Assembly (NCBI GenBank): GCA_964485815.1 | Contig: CAZAJX010000003.1 | Coordinates: forward strand, 12,040-76,039 | Direction of reading: 5' to 3' | DNA: 64,000 bases | Source: an uncultured Oscillospiraceae bacterium | GTDB lineage: Bacteria; Bacillota; Clostridia; Oscillospirales; CAG-382 | Shown: positions 8,691-17,398 of the stretch, piece by piece | Numbering within the stretch: the stretch's first letter is position 1 | How the letters are laid out: each line of letters begins with the position of its first letter | The notes under the pieces: model-generated | Told to the model about the DNA's origin: nothing | The model's input: the letters and a program-made list of their open reading frames with translations, nothing else | Databases searched by the model: none | Position numbers and translations under genes: made by a program

Positions 8691-11159
8691 ATGAAGCGCA
8701 ACGAAATAATTTATACAGATGCGGAAACCTTTACTCCCGAAGAGGAAAATGATGAAGGTATAACCGCGGAAAAATCCACCTTTGCATCCGCAGGGGCGGA
8801 AAACGGCAAAAAAAGAAAAACAAGCGTGGCACAGACGGGAATTATCGTCATCGCCCTGCTTGTTGCCGCCGCCGTGCTGATCGGAGGATATTTCATATTC
8901 CTTTACGAGCCCGCTACCGATACGGAGGTAGACGAATTTTACCTTCTCACCGCCGAGGGCAAGGATGCTCTGGAGGAAATTTCCGGTACCATCTCCTTTA
9001 AGGATGATGAAGACGCCCTGCTTGCCGATACCCTTGGCAGCGTGGTATACAAATTCGCTCTTTCCGTTGGGGAAGAGGGAAAAATAAAGGTTAAAACCGG
9101 TTCGGGCAGTCAGTTCTGCACCGTCACCGCCAACGGAAGCGACGTTTCCTTTGAAAAGGAAGAGTTTTTCCGCTTCCTTGAGGACGGCACCGCATACGCT
9201 TTTGACGGCGAGAATATGTTTGTAAACTCTTTCCTCTCTCTTTGCGGGGAAGAGAAGATCGAGCTTTCTCTCCGCGCAATGTCGGGCTACGATACGGACG
9301 GCGATATGGTCACCACTACGGGCAAGCCCTTTATGTACCCCTCCATTACCAGAAGCGACCTTACTTCCATTACCGTTCAGAACAAAAATACTACCTTTAA
9401 GGTTTACAGAGAGAGCAGCTCCTCTTCCACCTTCTATATCGAGGGAGCGGAGGGCGTCCAGCTCAACGCAGAGGCGTTCTCATATCTGGTGGTAAACGCC
9501 ACCTACACCTGTGCGGAAGGAAAACTTTCAAACCCCAAGGATTTCTCCCAGTACGGACTTGACGGGGACGGAACCACCGCGAAGATCACGGTCGTTACCA
9601 AAACCGGCGATACTCACGTGCTTATCATAGGCGATAAGGACTCCACGGGCTCATATAATTACGCCCGTTACGAGGGCAAGCCCCACGTTTACCTGCTCCT
9701 TAATTCCGACATTGAGTCTACCTTTGCCGCAGGAGGCGAAGCCTTCCTCACCGCAAATCTGGTATATTCCATTTCGGATACCAACGACATTTACTCCATA
9801 GACAAAATGTCTATGTATTTCCGCGATCTGGACCAGACACTTACCATCCGTCTGCGCCGCGCTATGTCCGCTTCCTCCAATCTGGTGCTTTCCAACGAAT
9901 CGGCAGACGTGGCAACACTCCTTTCCGACCTTAAGCGCGCCCCCGCGCCTTATACGGATTGGACTTCGTCGGATGCGTTTGTGGGCATCGGCTCCCAGGA
10001 CGGAGGCTCCATTCAGATCGCTATATCCCTTAACCGCGTTTCCGAAAACGGGGAGTACAGCATAAAGCTTCCCTTGGTAAGAGATGAGGCAAAGGGCGCA
10101 TACCTGCCCGAAAGCATTAAGGTGCTTATTTATACCGATGGCGGAAACTTCAACACCGTACAGACCGAGCTGCCCGACAGTATCAAAAACCAAAAGGACG
10201 GCACCTACGTTATCCATACCATCAATTTCAAGAGCGATAAGCCCGTTCAGTACATAAGACTGGATATCGACGGCTACGATACCAAGAAAATGATGGTAAC
10301 CGATGAGATCCGCGTAATGGCAGACACTCTGGATGCCAACCCTGCGGATGCGTTTATCGGTCTGTGGATGATCACTACCGATGAATTTATCCCCGAAAAC
10401 CGCAATTACGCATACGTAAACACTACCGCGTACGTTGAATATCTTATATCCCTCTGCACTCTGGTAGGTGACGAGGTGGTTGAGTTCGGTATCGAGGATA
10501 TGGACCTTGCCAAGTACGGCTTGGGCAAGACCGAGGACGGCGAGGGCACCGACCCTGCATTGACTGTCCACTACGTATACGGACAGTATACAATGGACCT
10601 TCTGTTCTCCGATCCTTTGGAGGACGGCTCCCGTTACGCCGCTTCTATGATCACCACTCTGGATTCCGACGGCGAGGAAGTCAAGTTCGTAAACCCCTAT
10701 ATAGCAAAGGTTTATCTTGAAACCGCTCCCTGGATGGATTGGGAGCCGCTGGATTACGTAAGCTCTTCGCTTTTGTATATGTATCTTGATGACGTTGACG
10801 AAATGAAGTTTACCTATGACGGCGAAAGCTATAATTTCGTTATCGGCAAGGATGAAGCGGGTATCGCTCAGTCCGCAACCTGCAACGGAAAAGAAATTGA
10901 TATGTATGCGTTCAGACAGTTCTATATCAAGGTTATCAACGTTTCCCGAGAGGGCGAATATCAGCAGGGCGACGAAACCGGCAGTGAAATGTTAAAGATA
11001 AATCTTGTCAGCGAAACCAAGTCCGACGAAATAGTATTCTACCGCGTAACCTCATCGAAGGCGTATTATACTATCGACGGCGCAGGCGGATATTATACCC
11101 TCACCTACGAGGTGTCCGAGCTGCTGGATACTCTTGAATCGCTGTTAAAGGGAGAATAA
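8691..11159 (+). CDS. Large membrane-anchored extracytoplasmic protein (822 aa, possible DUF4340-type partner of the GldG-like protein)
   Basis: Start abuts the upstream stop (TAAATG). Single N-terminal TM (IIVIALLVAAAVLIGGYFIFL). No enzymatic motifs recognised. The DUF4340 guess is based on gene order only. Confidence 0.6.
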   Translation: MKRNEIIYTDAETFTPEEENDEGITAEKSTFASAGAENGKKRKTSVAQTGIIVIALLVAAAVLIGGYFIFLYEPATDTEVDEFYLLTAEGKDALEEISGTISFKDDEDALLADTLGSVVYKFALSVGEEGKIKVKTGSGSQFCTVTANGSDVSFEKEEFFRFLEDGTAYAFDGENMFVNSFLSLCGEEKIELSLRAMSGYDTDGDMVTTTGKPFMYPSITRSDLTSITVQNKNTTFKVYRESSSSSTFYIEGAEGVQLNAEAFSYLVVNATYTCAEGKLSNPKDFSQYGLDGDGTTAKITVVTKTGDTHVLIIGDKDSTGSYNYARYEGKPHVYLLLNSDIESTFAAGGEAFLTANLVYSISDTNDIYSIDKMSMYFRDLDQTLTIRLRRAMSASSNLVLSNESADVATLLSDLKRAPAPYTDWTSSDAFVGIGSQDGGSIQIAISLNRVSENGEYSIKLPLVRDEAKGAYLPESIKVLIYTDGGNFNTVQTELPDSIKNQKDGTYVIHTINFKSDKPVQYIRLDIDGYDTKKMMVTDEIRVMADTLDANPADAFIGLWMITTDEFIPENRNYAYVNTTAYVEYLISLCTLVGDEVVEFGIEDMDLAKYGLGKTEDGEGTDPALTVHYVYGQYTMDLLFSDPLEDGSRYAASMITTLDSDGEEVKFVNPYIAKVYLETAPWMDWEPLDYVSSSLLYMYLDDVDEMKFTYDGESYNFVIGKDEAGIAQSATCNGKEIDMYAFRQFYIKVINVSREGEYQQGDETGSEMLKINLVSETKSDEIVFYRVTSSKAYYTIDGAGGYYTLTYEVSELLDTLESLLKGE

Positions 11160-11161
11160 AA

Positions 11162-11869
11162 ATGAGAAAGGCGCTTATACCCATAATTTTAGTACTTTCT
11201 CTCGTTTTGTGCTCCTGCAGCGTAGACGAAACGCTTATCACACCCGTAACGGACGGGTTTAAGGATATGAACGACGTTGCCTATGGCTTTACGTTAAGAA
11301 TTGAGCTTGGCGGAAAAACCTGTGTCCTGCTTGCTGACGGCGACGTTGCCATAACCGAGGACCCTCTGTGTATGACGGGAGAGATAGAAGAAACCCTTAT
11401 GGGCGATAATATCGGTGTTATGCAGGTAAGCTGGATGGACGGCGTGCTTACGACCGACGGAGCAGAGGAGGAATCCTCCTGGGAGGAACTGCGTTCCTCT
11501 CTGATATACGCTCCTCCCATCGTGTTCGATACCGAGCAGATAAGCTCTGCCGAATCCTCCTCCACCCTTGCAGGTACGCTGTACCGCCACTATATTAAGG
11601 ATAATTCCAAAAATTCTCTTCTTTATTCCCTGCTGGGCACCGCTTTACCCGAGGTTTGCGGTGTTGTAAGCGTGGTTGAGGAGGAAACGGAATTTAAAGA
11701 TATAGTGTGCGAATACACCTTTGATAAAGACGGCAACCCCGTTGGGTACGCCATATCCTTTACCGTGGTGTATCAGGATACGCCCCCTTACGTTCCCGGT
11801 GTAACCCAGAACAAGGATAAATACACCGTTGAGGTAGGAGTAGAGTTTCGGGCAAATTTTAAAAATTAA
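11162..11869 (+). CDS. Lipoprotein, unknown function
   Basis: Signal peptide with lipobox LVLCSCS. Starts 2 nt after the upstream stop. Confidence 0.7.
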   Translation: MRKALIPIILVLSLVLCSCSVDETLITPVTDGFKDMNDVAYGFTLRIELGGKTCVLLADGDVAITEDPLCMTGEIEETLMGDNIGVMQVSWMDGVLTTDGAEEESSWEELRSSLIYAPPIVFDTEQISSAESSSTLAGTLYRHYIKDNSKNSLLYSLLGTALPEVCGVVSVVEEETEFKDIVCEYTFDKDGNPVGYAISFTVVYQDTPPYVPGVTQNKDKYTVEVGVEFRANFKN

Positions 11870-11873
11870 ATAT

Positions 11874-11965
11874 CATTTTACGGGGTGCTGTATAATATAT
11901 ACGGCTGAGAATATACCCGATGAACCTGTCAGATAATGCTGTGGAAGGGAGAAGACGTGTAAAAG
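11874..11965 (+). promoter_or_regulatory. TPP (THI-box) riboswitch
   Basis: GGGGTGC...GGCTGAGA...ACCC..TGAACCTG-TCAGATAATGCTG-GGAAGGGA matches the conserved TPP aptamer core. Directly upstream of thiT. Confidence 0.85.
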
Positions 11966-11989
11966 CGTTTGGAAATGGTAAAAAATTAT

Positions 11990-12025
11990 CGGCTTGTTCT
12001 TAATAAAAAAGGACAAGCCGTTTTT
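11990..12025 (+). terminator. Riboswitch expression-platform terminator
   Basis: CGGCTTGT...ACAAGCCG stem followed by TTTTT. Confidence 0.7.
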
Positions 12026-12061
12026 GCGTTAAAAAACAGTAAGTACACGTCGTAAAAAACA

Positions 12062-12607
12062 ATGAACAAAAAACTTAAAGACAGACTTTTGATAATTTGC
12101 GAATGCGGTATAACCGTAGCGTTGGCGTTGGCACTTTGCCCGCTGGAGATCGACTTCGCCTGGCTTCAGGGCGGGGGAATAGACATACTTATGGTTCCCC
12201 TGGTTATCCTTGCCTTGCGCCGCGGCGGGGGATGGGGTATCGCCACGGGTGCCATCTTCGGCTTGCTCAAATACCTGCTGTGGTCCTCGGGCGGGTACGG
12301 AATACCCTCAATTTTATTGGATTACGTTCTGGCATACGCCGCTGTCGGCACTGCAGGCTTCCTTAAAAAAGGTATCGCAGGTACCGCAGTTGCCACGGGC
12401 GTGCGCTTTTTGATCCACTTTGTAAGCGGAATTACCATTTACGCCATCACCGCTTCGGAAACGGTCTACGGTATCACCACCGCTTCGCCGTTTATATATT
12501 CTATCGTCTATAACGCACCCTACGTTCTCGCAAACGGCGTTATTTGCGCGATAATCGTTGTATTGCTCGAAAAACCTATGAGCAAGATACCTAAAAACTT
12601 TAAGTAA
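12062..12607 (+). CDS. thiT: ECF-transporter S component for thiamine (ThiT family)
   Basis: Six-helix membrane protein with a glycine-rich ThiT-like sequence, immediately downstream of the TPP riboswitch. Confidence 0.8.
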   Translation: MNKKLKDRLLIICECGITVALALALCPLEIDFAWLQGGGIDILMVPLVILALRRGGGWGIATGAIFGLLKYLLWSSGGYGIPSILLDYVLAYAAVGTAGFLKKGIAGTAVATGVRFLIHFVSGITIYAITASETVYGITTASPFIYSIVYNAPYVLANGVICAIIVVLLEKPMSKIPKNFK

Positions 12608-12642
12608 GACGTGCCAAAAACGCAAGCAGGACAAACAAAGAA

Positions 12643-12668
12643 ACTCCCGATATAATCGGGAGTTTTTT
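12643..12668 (+). terminator. Intrinsic terminator of thiT
   Basis: ACTCCCGA-TATAA-TCGGGAGT followed by TTTTTT. The U-tract runs straight into repeat R4. Confidence 0.75.
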
Positions 12669-12782
12669 AATGAGGAATGAGGAATGAGAAATTATGGTTG
12701 ATTTTTGTTCGCAGAACAAAAATCTTCCGAAATTCCTCATTTAGCATCGCAAAGCGATGCGTCGCATTACTCATTTCTCATT
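12669..12782 (-). repeat. Heptamer-armed repeat, copy R4 (full form, inverted orientation)
   Basis: The reverse complement is colinear with R3 minus the extra module. AATGAGG x2, AATGAGA, ATGGTTG, ATTTTTGTTC-GCAG-AACAAAAAT, CTTCCGAAATTCCTCATTTA, GCATCGC-AAA-GCGATGC, then xxTCATT x3. Confidence 0.85.
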
Positions 12783-13412
12783 TTATTCAGCCTTGGGCAG
12801 ACTCCATTTAAATCTTGCTGCCAGAAAGCGTATGGTTATTACAACCACTGCGGAAATCGTCATAGCCGCCGTTGCGCCCAAGGGCTTCCACAGCGCCACG
12901 CACACTGCCGCCCCTGCCAGGGAAGCGGAAGCGTATATATGCTTTACAAATATGTATGGCGTGTTGCCCGCCATCATATCTCTCAGCAGTCCGCCGCCCA
13001 CGCCCGTGACCACACCTACGAACATAAGCAAAAAAATATTTTCACCTTGTCCTGCGGTTATGGCGGTGCGTATGCCGACTACCGTGAATATGCCCAGCCC
13101 CACCGAATCGGTAATAAGCAAAAACATATCAAAAACCTTGGGGTTCTTACCCGCAAGCCTTCTTACGGCGGGAATAAAGGTAAGTATTCCCGTGGCGATG
13201 GCGACGAGGGCATAAACGGGGTTTCTGAACGTCATGGGCGGTGTGTTGCCCAAAACGACATCCCGTATCGCTCCGCCGCCAACGGCGGTTACGAGGGCGA
13301 GTATTACCACGCCGAAAATATCCATTTTCTTTTTAAGACCGGTTATGGCTCCGGAAACGGCGAATGCCACCGTACCGATGATCTCAAAAACAAAAACCAG
13401 AGTTTCTATCAT
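12783..13412 (-). CDS. UPF0126 / TRIC-type membrane channel protein (YadS/YicG family)
   Basis: Two UPF0126 repeats: FEIIGTVAFAVSGAITGLKKKMDIFGV and GGGAIRDVVLG / GGGLLRDMMAG. The start overlaps the ackA stop (TAATG). Confidence 0.8.
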   Translation of the reverse strand: MIETLVFVFEIIGTVAFAVSGAITGLKKKMDIFGVVILALVTAVGGGAIRDVVLGNTPPMTFRNPVYALVAIATGILTFIPAVRRLAGKNPKVFDMFLLITDSVGLGIFTVVGIRTAITAGQGENIFLLMFVGVVTGVGGGLLRDMMAGNTPYIFVKHIYASASLAGAAVCVALWKPLGATAAMTISAVVVITIRFLAARFKWSLPKAE

Positions 13413-14617
13413 TACTTATTAAGTCCTGCAACAACGTCTGCGGTATCGCGGGCGATAACCAGCTCTTCGTTGGTGGCGATAACCAGAATTCTCACCTTGC
13501 TGTCGGGAGCGGAAACGTCTGCGGGAACGGGAAGGTCGCGGTAGTTAAGGTTCTTGTCCTCATCCATCTTTACGCCCAGAAATTCCATATCTGCGCAAAC
13601 TTCACTTCTTACTCTCGCATCGTTTTCGCCGATACCTGCGGTGAATACGAGGCAGTCCAGACCGTTCATAGCGGCTGCGTAAGAGCCGATAAACTTCTTT
13701 ATTTCATATACGAGGATATCGGATGCAAGATTAGCTCTCTCGTTGCCCTCTGCCTGCGCCTTGCGGAGGTTACGCATATCGGAGGAAACGCCGGAAACGC
13801 CCAGCAGACCGCACTTTTTGTTCATCCAGTTGCCCATTTCGGTAACGGGAATATTCTCTGCTTCCATAATATAGGGAACGATTGCGGGGTCGATAGCGCC
13901 GCAACGGGAGCCCATAATAATACCGTCAAGGGGAGTGAAGCCCATGCTGGTGTCCATACACTTGCCGCCTCTTACTGCGGAAATGGAAGAACCGTTGCCG
14001 ATATGGCAGGTGACGATCTTGCTGTCTTCCTTACCCAGATATTCGTTTGCGATAGCGGAAACGTATCTGTGGGAAGTGCCGTGGAAGCCGTAACGGCGGA
14101 TATTGTATTTCTCTGCTACTTCGTATGCGATAGGATAGGTATATGCCTTTGCGGGCATAGTGGAATGGAAAGCGGTGTCGATAACCAGTACCTGAGGCAC
14201 GTTGGGCATAACCTCTTCACAGCCCTGAATACCCTCAAGATGTCCCTTGGTGTGAAGGGGAGCGATGGTAAGGCATTTGCGAAGGTCTGCTTTGGACTGC
14301 TCGGTAACGAGGGTGGGCTTGGTGAGCCAAGGACCGCCGTGGACTACGCGGTGACCTACTGCGCCGATCATATCAATACTCTCGATACAGCCTGCGTCTT
14401 TATCCACAAGTGTTTCAAGCACCTTTTTAATAGCATCTGCGTGGGTGGGGAAGGGAGTGGGAGTGGCGGTCTTTTCTTTACCTATAACCTGATGCTCCAA
14501 CACGCCGTCAATACCGATACGGTCGGCATTACCTTTTGCCAAAAGCTTTTCGCCCTCCATATCAAAAAGCTGGTATTTAAGGGAAGAGCTTCCTGCGTTT
14601 ACGACAAGAATATACAT
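13412..14617 (-). CDS. ackA: Acetate kinase
   Basis: MYILVVNAGSSSLKYQLF, GHRVVHGG, RRYGFHGTSH, TCHIGNGSS, VFTAGIGEN. Confidence 0.95.
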   Translation of the reverse strand: MYILVVNAGSSSLKYQLFDMEGEKLLAKGNADRIGIDGVLEHQVIGKEKTATPTPFPTHADAIKKVLETLVDKDAGCIESIDMIGAVGHRVVHGGPWLTKPTLVTEQSKADLRKCLTIAPLHTKGHLEGIQGCEEVMPNVPQVLVIDTAFHSTMPAKAYTYPIAYEVAEKYNIRRYGFHGTSHRYVSAIANEYLGKEDSKIVTCHIGNGSSISAVRGGKCMDTSMGFTPLDGIIMGSRCGAIDPAIVPYIMEAENIPVTEMGNWMNKKCGLLGVSGVSSDMRNLRKAQAEGNERANLASDILVYEIKKFIGSYAAAMNGLDCLVFTAGIGENDARVRSEVCADMEFLGVKMDEDKNLNYRDLPVPADVSAPDSKVRILVIATNEELVIARDTADVVAGLNK

Positions 14618-14634
14618 TGTTCATTTCTCCTTGC

Positions 14635-14663
14635 TTGACATTTTAATTATTTTTAATTATACT
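14635..14663 (+). promoter_or_regulatory. Sigma-A promoter for tmcAL-dagK
   Basis: TTGACA, 17 nt, TATACT. Confidence 0.55.
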
Positions 14664-14693
14664 ACCGTTAGAAAATAAATGCAAGGGATTTTT

Positions 14694-15806
14694 ATGGAAA
14701 GATTAAAAGGAACAGCCGTTAGTTTATGCGAATTCAATCCGTTTCACTTCGGCCACAAGCATCTTTTGGACGAAGCACATAAATTATACCCAATAGTTTT
14801 CGGCATTATGAGCGGAAACCTTGTTCAGCGGGGTATCAACGCCTGCGCCGATAAATATCTGCGTGCTTCCGCCGCCGTGGAGTGCGGGTTTGACGGAGTG
14901 TTGGAGCTTCCTTTCCCCTTTTCCTCCCTTTCCGCCCGTGATTTCGCCCGTGCGGGAGTGCATATAGCCGAGGAAGCGGGGTTTGAAGCCCTCGTTTTCG
15001 GCGCAGAGGACAGAGATGCGGTTCTCCGTGCAAGGGATATTGTATGCGCACCGGATTTTGAGGAAAAGACCGCCGCCCTCATAAAAACGCAAAAAAATCT
15101 TTCATACCCCAAAGCGGCAGAGCTTGTATTGGCGGAAGCGTTGGGAGCGGAAACCGCCCGCAGTCTTTCAAAGCCCAACAATATTTTGGCTATTGAATAT
15201 ATAAAAGCCGCAAGCAAACGGAATTTATTAAAAATAGAAATCATCCCCCGTTCACCCCTCTTTTCTTCCGCAGGCTCTTTGCGGTCGGCGGGCGTGCCGA
15301 AGGACGGACTCCCCCGTGAAGCCTCGACCTTTTTTGAAAACACCGTATCCGATACCGCCCTTTACCCCTATTTAAGCGTGGCGGCAAAGCTGTATACGGG
15401 AGATAAAGCTATGCTATACGGCATAGACGAGTCCTTGGCAGGGCGCATAACCAAAGCCTGCCGTGAAAACGGCGGAACTGAGGAAATTATTTCCGCTTGT
15501 GTCAGCGCCCACGATACGGTTGCCCGTGTCCGCCGAGCCCTTGTAAGTATACTGTTCGGCATAACCAAATACAAGGCTGCGGAAATGCCTTCATACACCA
15601 CCCTCCTTGCGGCGGGAGAAAAAGGACTTCCCGTAATAAAGCAGATAAGCAAAAATTCCTCTCTTTCTCTCGTGGTAAAGCCCGCTTCCGTTACGGGCAA
15701 CAAGCAGTTCGAATCCGCCCTGCGGGCAGAACGGGTGTTGAGAGAGGTGTTCGGCACTCCGGATCCTCTTTGCCGCACACCCTATATCAAAGGAGCAAAC
15801 AAATGA
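14694..15806 (+). CDS. tmcAL: tRNA(Met) cytidine acetate ligase (YlbM/TmcAL family nucleotidyltransferase)
   Basis: EFNPFHFGHKHLL, MSGNLVQRG, LSKPNNILAIEYIKA align with B. subtilis YlbM as recalled from memory. ATG at 14694 has an AAGGGA RBS. The ORF-track start at 14679 is too close to the -10 box. Confidence 0.7.
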   Translation: MERLKGTAVSLCEFNPFHFGHKHLLDEAHKLYPIVFGIMSGNLVQRGINACADKYLRASAAVECGFDGVLELPFPFSSLSARDFARAGVHIAEEAGFEALVFGAEDRDAVLRARDIVCAPDFEEKTAALIKTQKNLSYPKAAELVLAEALGAETARSLSKPNNILAIEYIKAASKRNLLKIEIIPRSPLFSSAGSLRSAGVPKDGLPREASTFFENTVSDTALYPYLSVAAKLYTGDKAMLYGIDESLAGRITKACRENGGTEEIISACVSAHDTVARVRRALVSILFGITKYKAAEMPSYTTLLAAGEKGLPVIKQISKNSSLSLVVKPASVTGNKQFESALRAERVLREVFGTPDPLCRTPYIKGANK

Positions 15807-16735
15807 AGCATCTTTTTATATTAAACCCCGTTGCGGGCAGTAAGGACCGTTCCGGCATTATTTCCGAAGCGGTTGAAAAGTTAAATCTGGAAAACAGCGA
15901 AAAATACGTTACCGTATGCGCCAAGGACGCTATACGGGAGGTGTGCGAGCAATTAAAAAACACCGATGAACACCTGCGTATTTACGCCTGCGGAGGTGAC
16001 GGCACCTTTAACGAGGTGGTTACGGGAATTATCCGTTCGGGCAGTAAAAACTGCTCCGTGGCGGTTGTCCCCACGGGAAGCGGAAACGATTTTATAAAGG
16101 CGTTTCCTCAGTATTCCCCGTCGGATTTCCGCGATCTCAAAAGGGTTTCCAAGGGAAATACTGTGCCTTTGGACGTAATTTCCGTTACGGATTCGGAAAG
16201 CGGCACAGAATACATAAGCGTAAACGTGGCGAGCGCGGGTTTTGATTCCGCGGTGGCAGACGGAATGGGCAAATACCGCCGTATTTTGGGCGGAAAAGGC
16301 TCTTACAATATGTCCTTGGTGGAGTGCTTTTTAAAGTACGAAAAATACGAATACACCGTCATTTGCGATGACGAGGACGTTTTCGGCGGTGCCCACCCCT
16401 GTATGTTTGCCCTCGCCGCCAACGGAAATTATTACGGCGGCGCATATAAAGCCGCACCTTACGCTAAGGTAAACGATGGATTGATGGATTTTGTCTGTAT
16501 CGACCGTGTTTCCCGCGCAGGGATTTTAAAGCTGGTAAACATATATAAAAAAGGCGAGCATTTTGAAAAAGCGAAGGATATCGTAACCTACCGCCGCTGC
16601 AAGAAATTGAAAATATGCTCTCCCAACCGTATCCCCTTCAACGTGGACGGAGAGATAATCTTAATGCGCGATCCCGAGCTGAGGATATTGGAAAGCGCAG
16701 TTGAGTTGGTTTTGCCTAAAGGCAATGAGAAATGA
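15803..16735 (+). CDS. Diacylglycerol/lipid kinase family protein (YegS/DagK-like)
   Basis: MKHLFILNPVAGS..., ACGGDGTFNEV, VPTGSGNDF. ATGA overlap with the tmcAL stop. The last three codons (NEK) and the TGA stop are encoded by heptamers of repeat R5. Confidence 0.8.
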   Translation: MKHLFILNPVAGSKDRSGIISEAVEKLNLENSEKYVTVCAKDAIREVCEQLKNTDEHLRIYACGGDGTFNEVVTGIIRSGSKNCSVAVVPTGSGNDFIKAFPQYSPSDFRDLKRVSKGNTVPLDVISVTDSESGTEYISVNVASAGFDSAVADGMGKYRRILGGKGSYNMSLVECFLKYEKYEYTVICDDEDVFGGAHPCMFALAANGNYYGGAYKAAPYAKVNDGLMDFVCIDRVSRAGILKLVNIYKKGEHFEKAKDIVTYRRCKKLKICSPNRIPFNVDGEIILMRDPELRILESAVELVLPKGNEK

Positions 16736-16817
16736 TAAATGATGAATGATGAATGATGGTTGATTTTTGTTCACAGAACAAAAATCTTCCGTAATTTCTC
16801 ATTCCTCATTCCTCATT
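16724..16817 (-). repeat. Heptamer-armed repeat, copy R5 (short form, inverted orientation)
   Basis: AATGAGA, AATGATA, AATGATG x3, GTTG, ATTTTTGTTC-ACAG-AACAAAAAT, CTTCCGTAATT, then TCTCATT and CCTCATT x2. Confidence 0.85.
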
Positions 16818-16849
16818 AAAAAAAGAGCAGATATAATCTGCTCTTTTTT
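16818..16849. terminator. Bidirectional intrinsic terminator (dagK / zinc-ribbon gene)
   Basis: AAAAAA-AGAGCAG-ATATAAT-CTGCTCT-TTTTTT. Confidence 0.75.
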
Positions 16850-16850
16850 A

Positions 16851-17369
16851 TTACATTAGCATCTTCAGCCATTCCGTTATTGCCGCCACAACTGCGGAAT
16901 AACCGAACACGGCGGATATTCCCACGATACCGCCAACCAGCACCAAAAGGATCACGTGCAGTATTACCGCACTTAATGCGTGTCTGCGGCGGTTTACCTT
17001 TTTGGATGCGCACGCCGTTATAATTGCGATTATAAGACCTATAACGGGGAGCGCAAACAATATCTGGTTTACAAGATATCCGCCCGTGGAAAGGACTGCG
17101 TATCTTCCCGTGGGAAGAACGTTATCGCTGTACGAGGTTTTTACCGGCGCTTGCTCCTTTTCCTCTGCGGGCGCGGGGATAGGGAACGCTTCCGTCTGCT
17201 CGGGGGCAGAGAGGGGTGCGGACTCCGCTTCCGTCAGAATTTGCGCTATACTCTCTTCCTTTTTTTCTTCCTTTACGGGGAGAATTTCGCAAAGAGTTTT
17301 TGTTCCGCAGGAGGGGCAGATCGCCACTCCTTCACGAAGTGCGTATCCGCATTGAGGGCAATATGTCAT
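16851..17369 (-). CDS. Zinc-ribbon membrane protein
   Basis: N-terminal CPQCG...CPSCG zinc ribbon, acidic/proline linker, two C-terminal TM helices. Confidence 0.7.
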   Translation of the reverse strand: MTYCPQCGYALREGVAICPSCGTKTLCEILPVKEEKKEESIAQILTEAESAPLSAPEQTEAFPIPAPAEEKEQAPVKTSYSDNVLPTGRYAVLSTGGYLVNQILFALPVIGLIIAIITACASKKVNRRRHALSAVILHVILLVLVGGIVGISAVFGYSAVVAAITEWLKMLM

Positions 17370-17398
17370 AAAAACCTACTCCTTTTTTCTTAAAAAAA

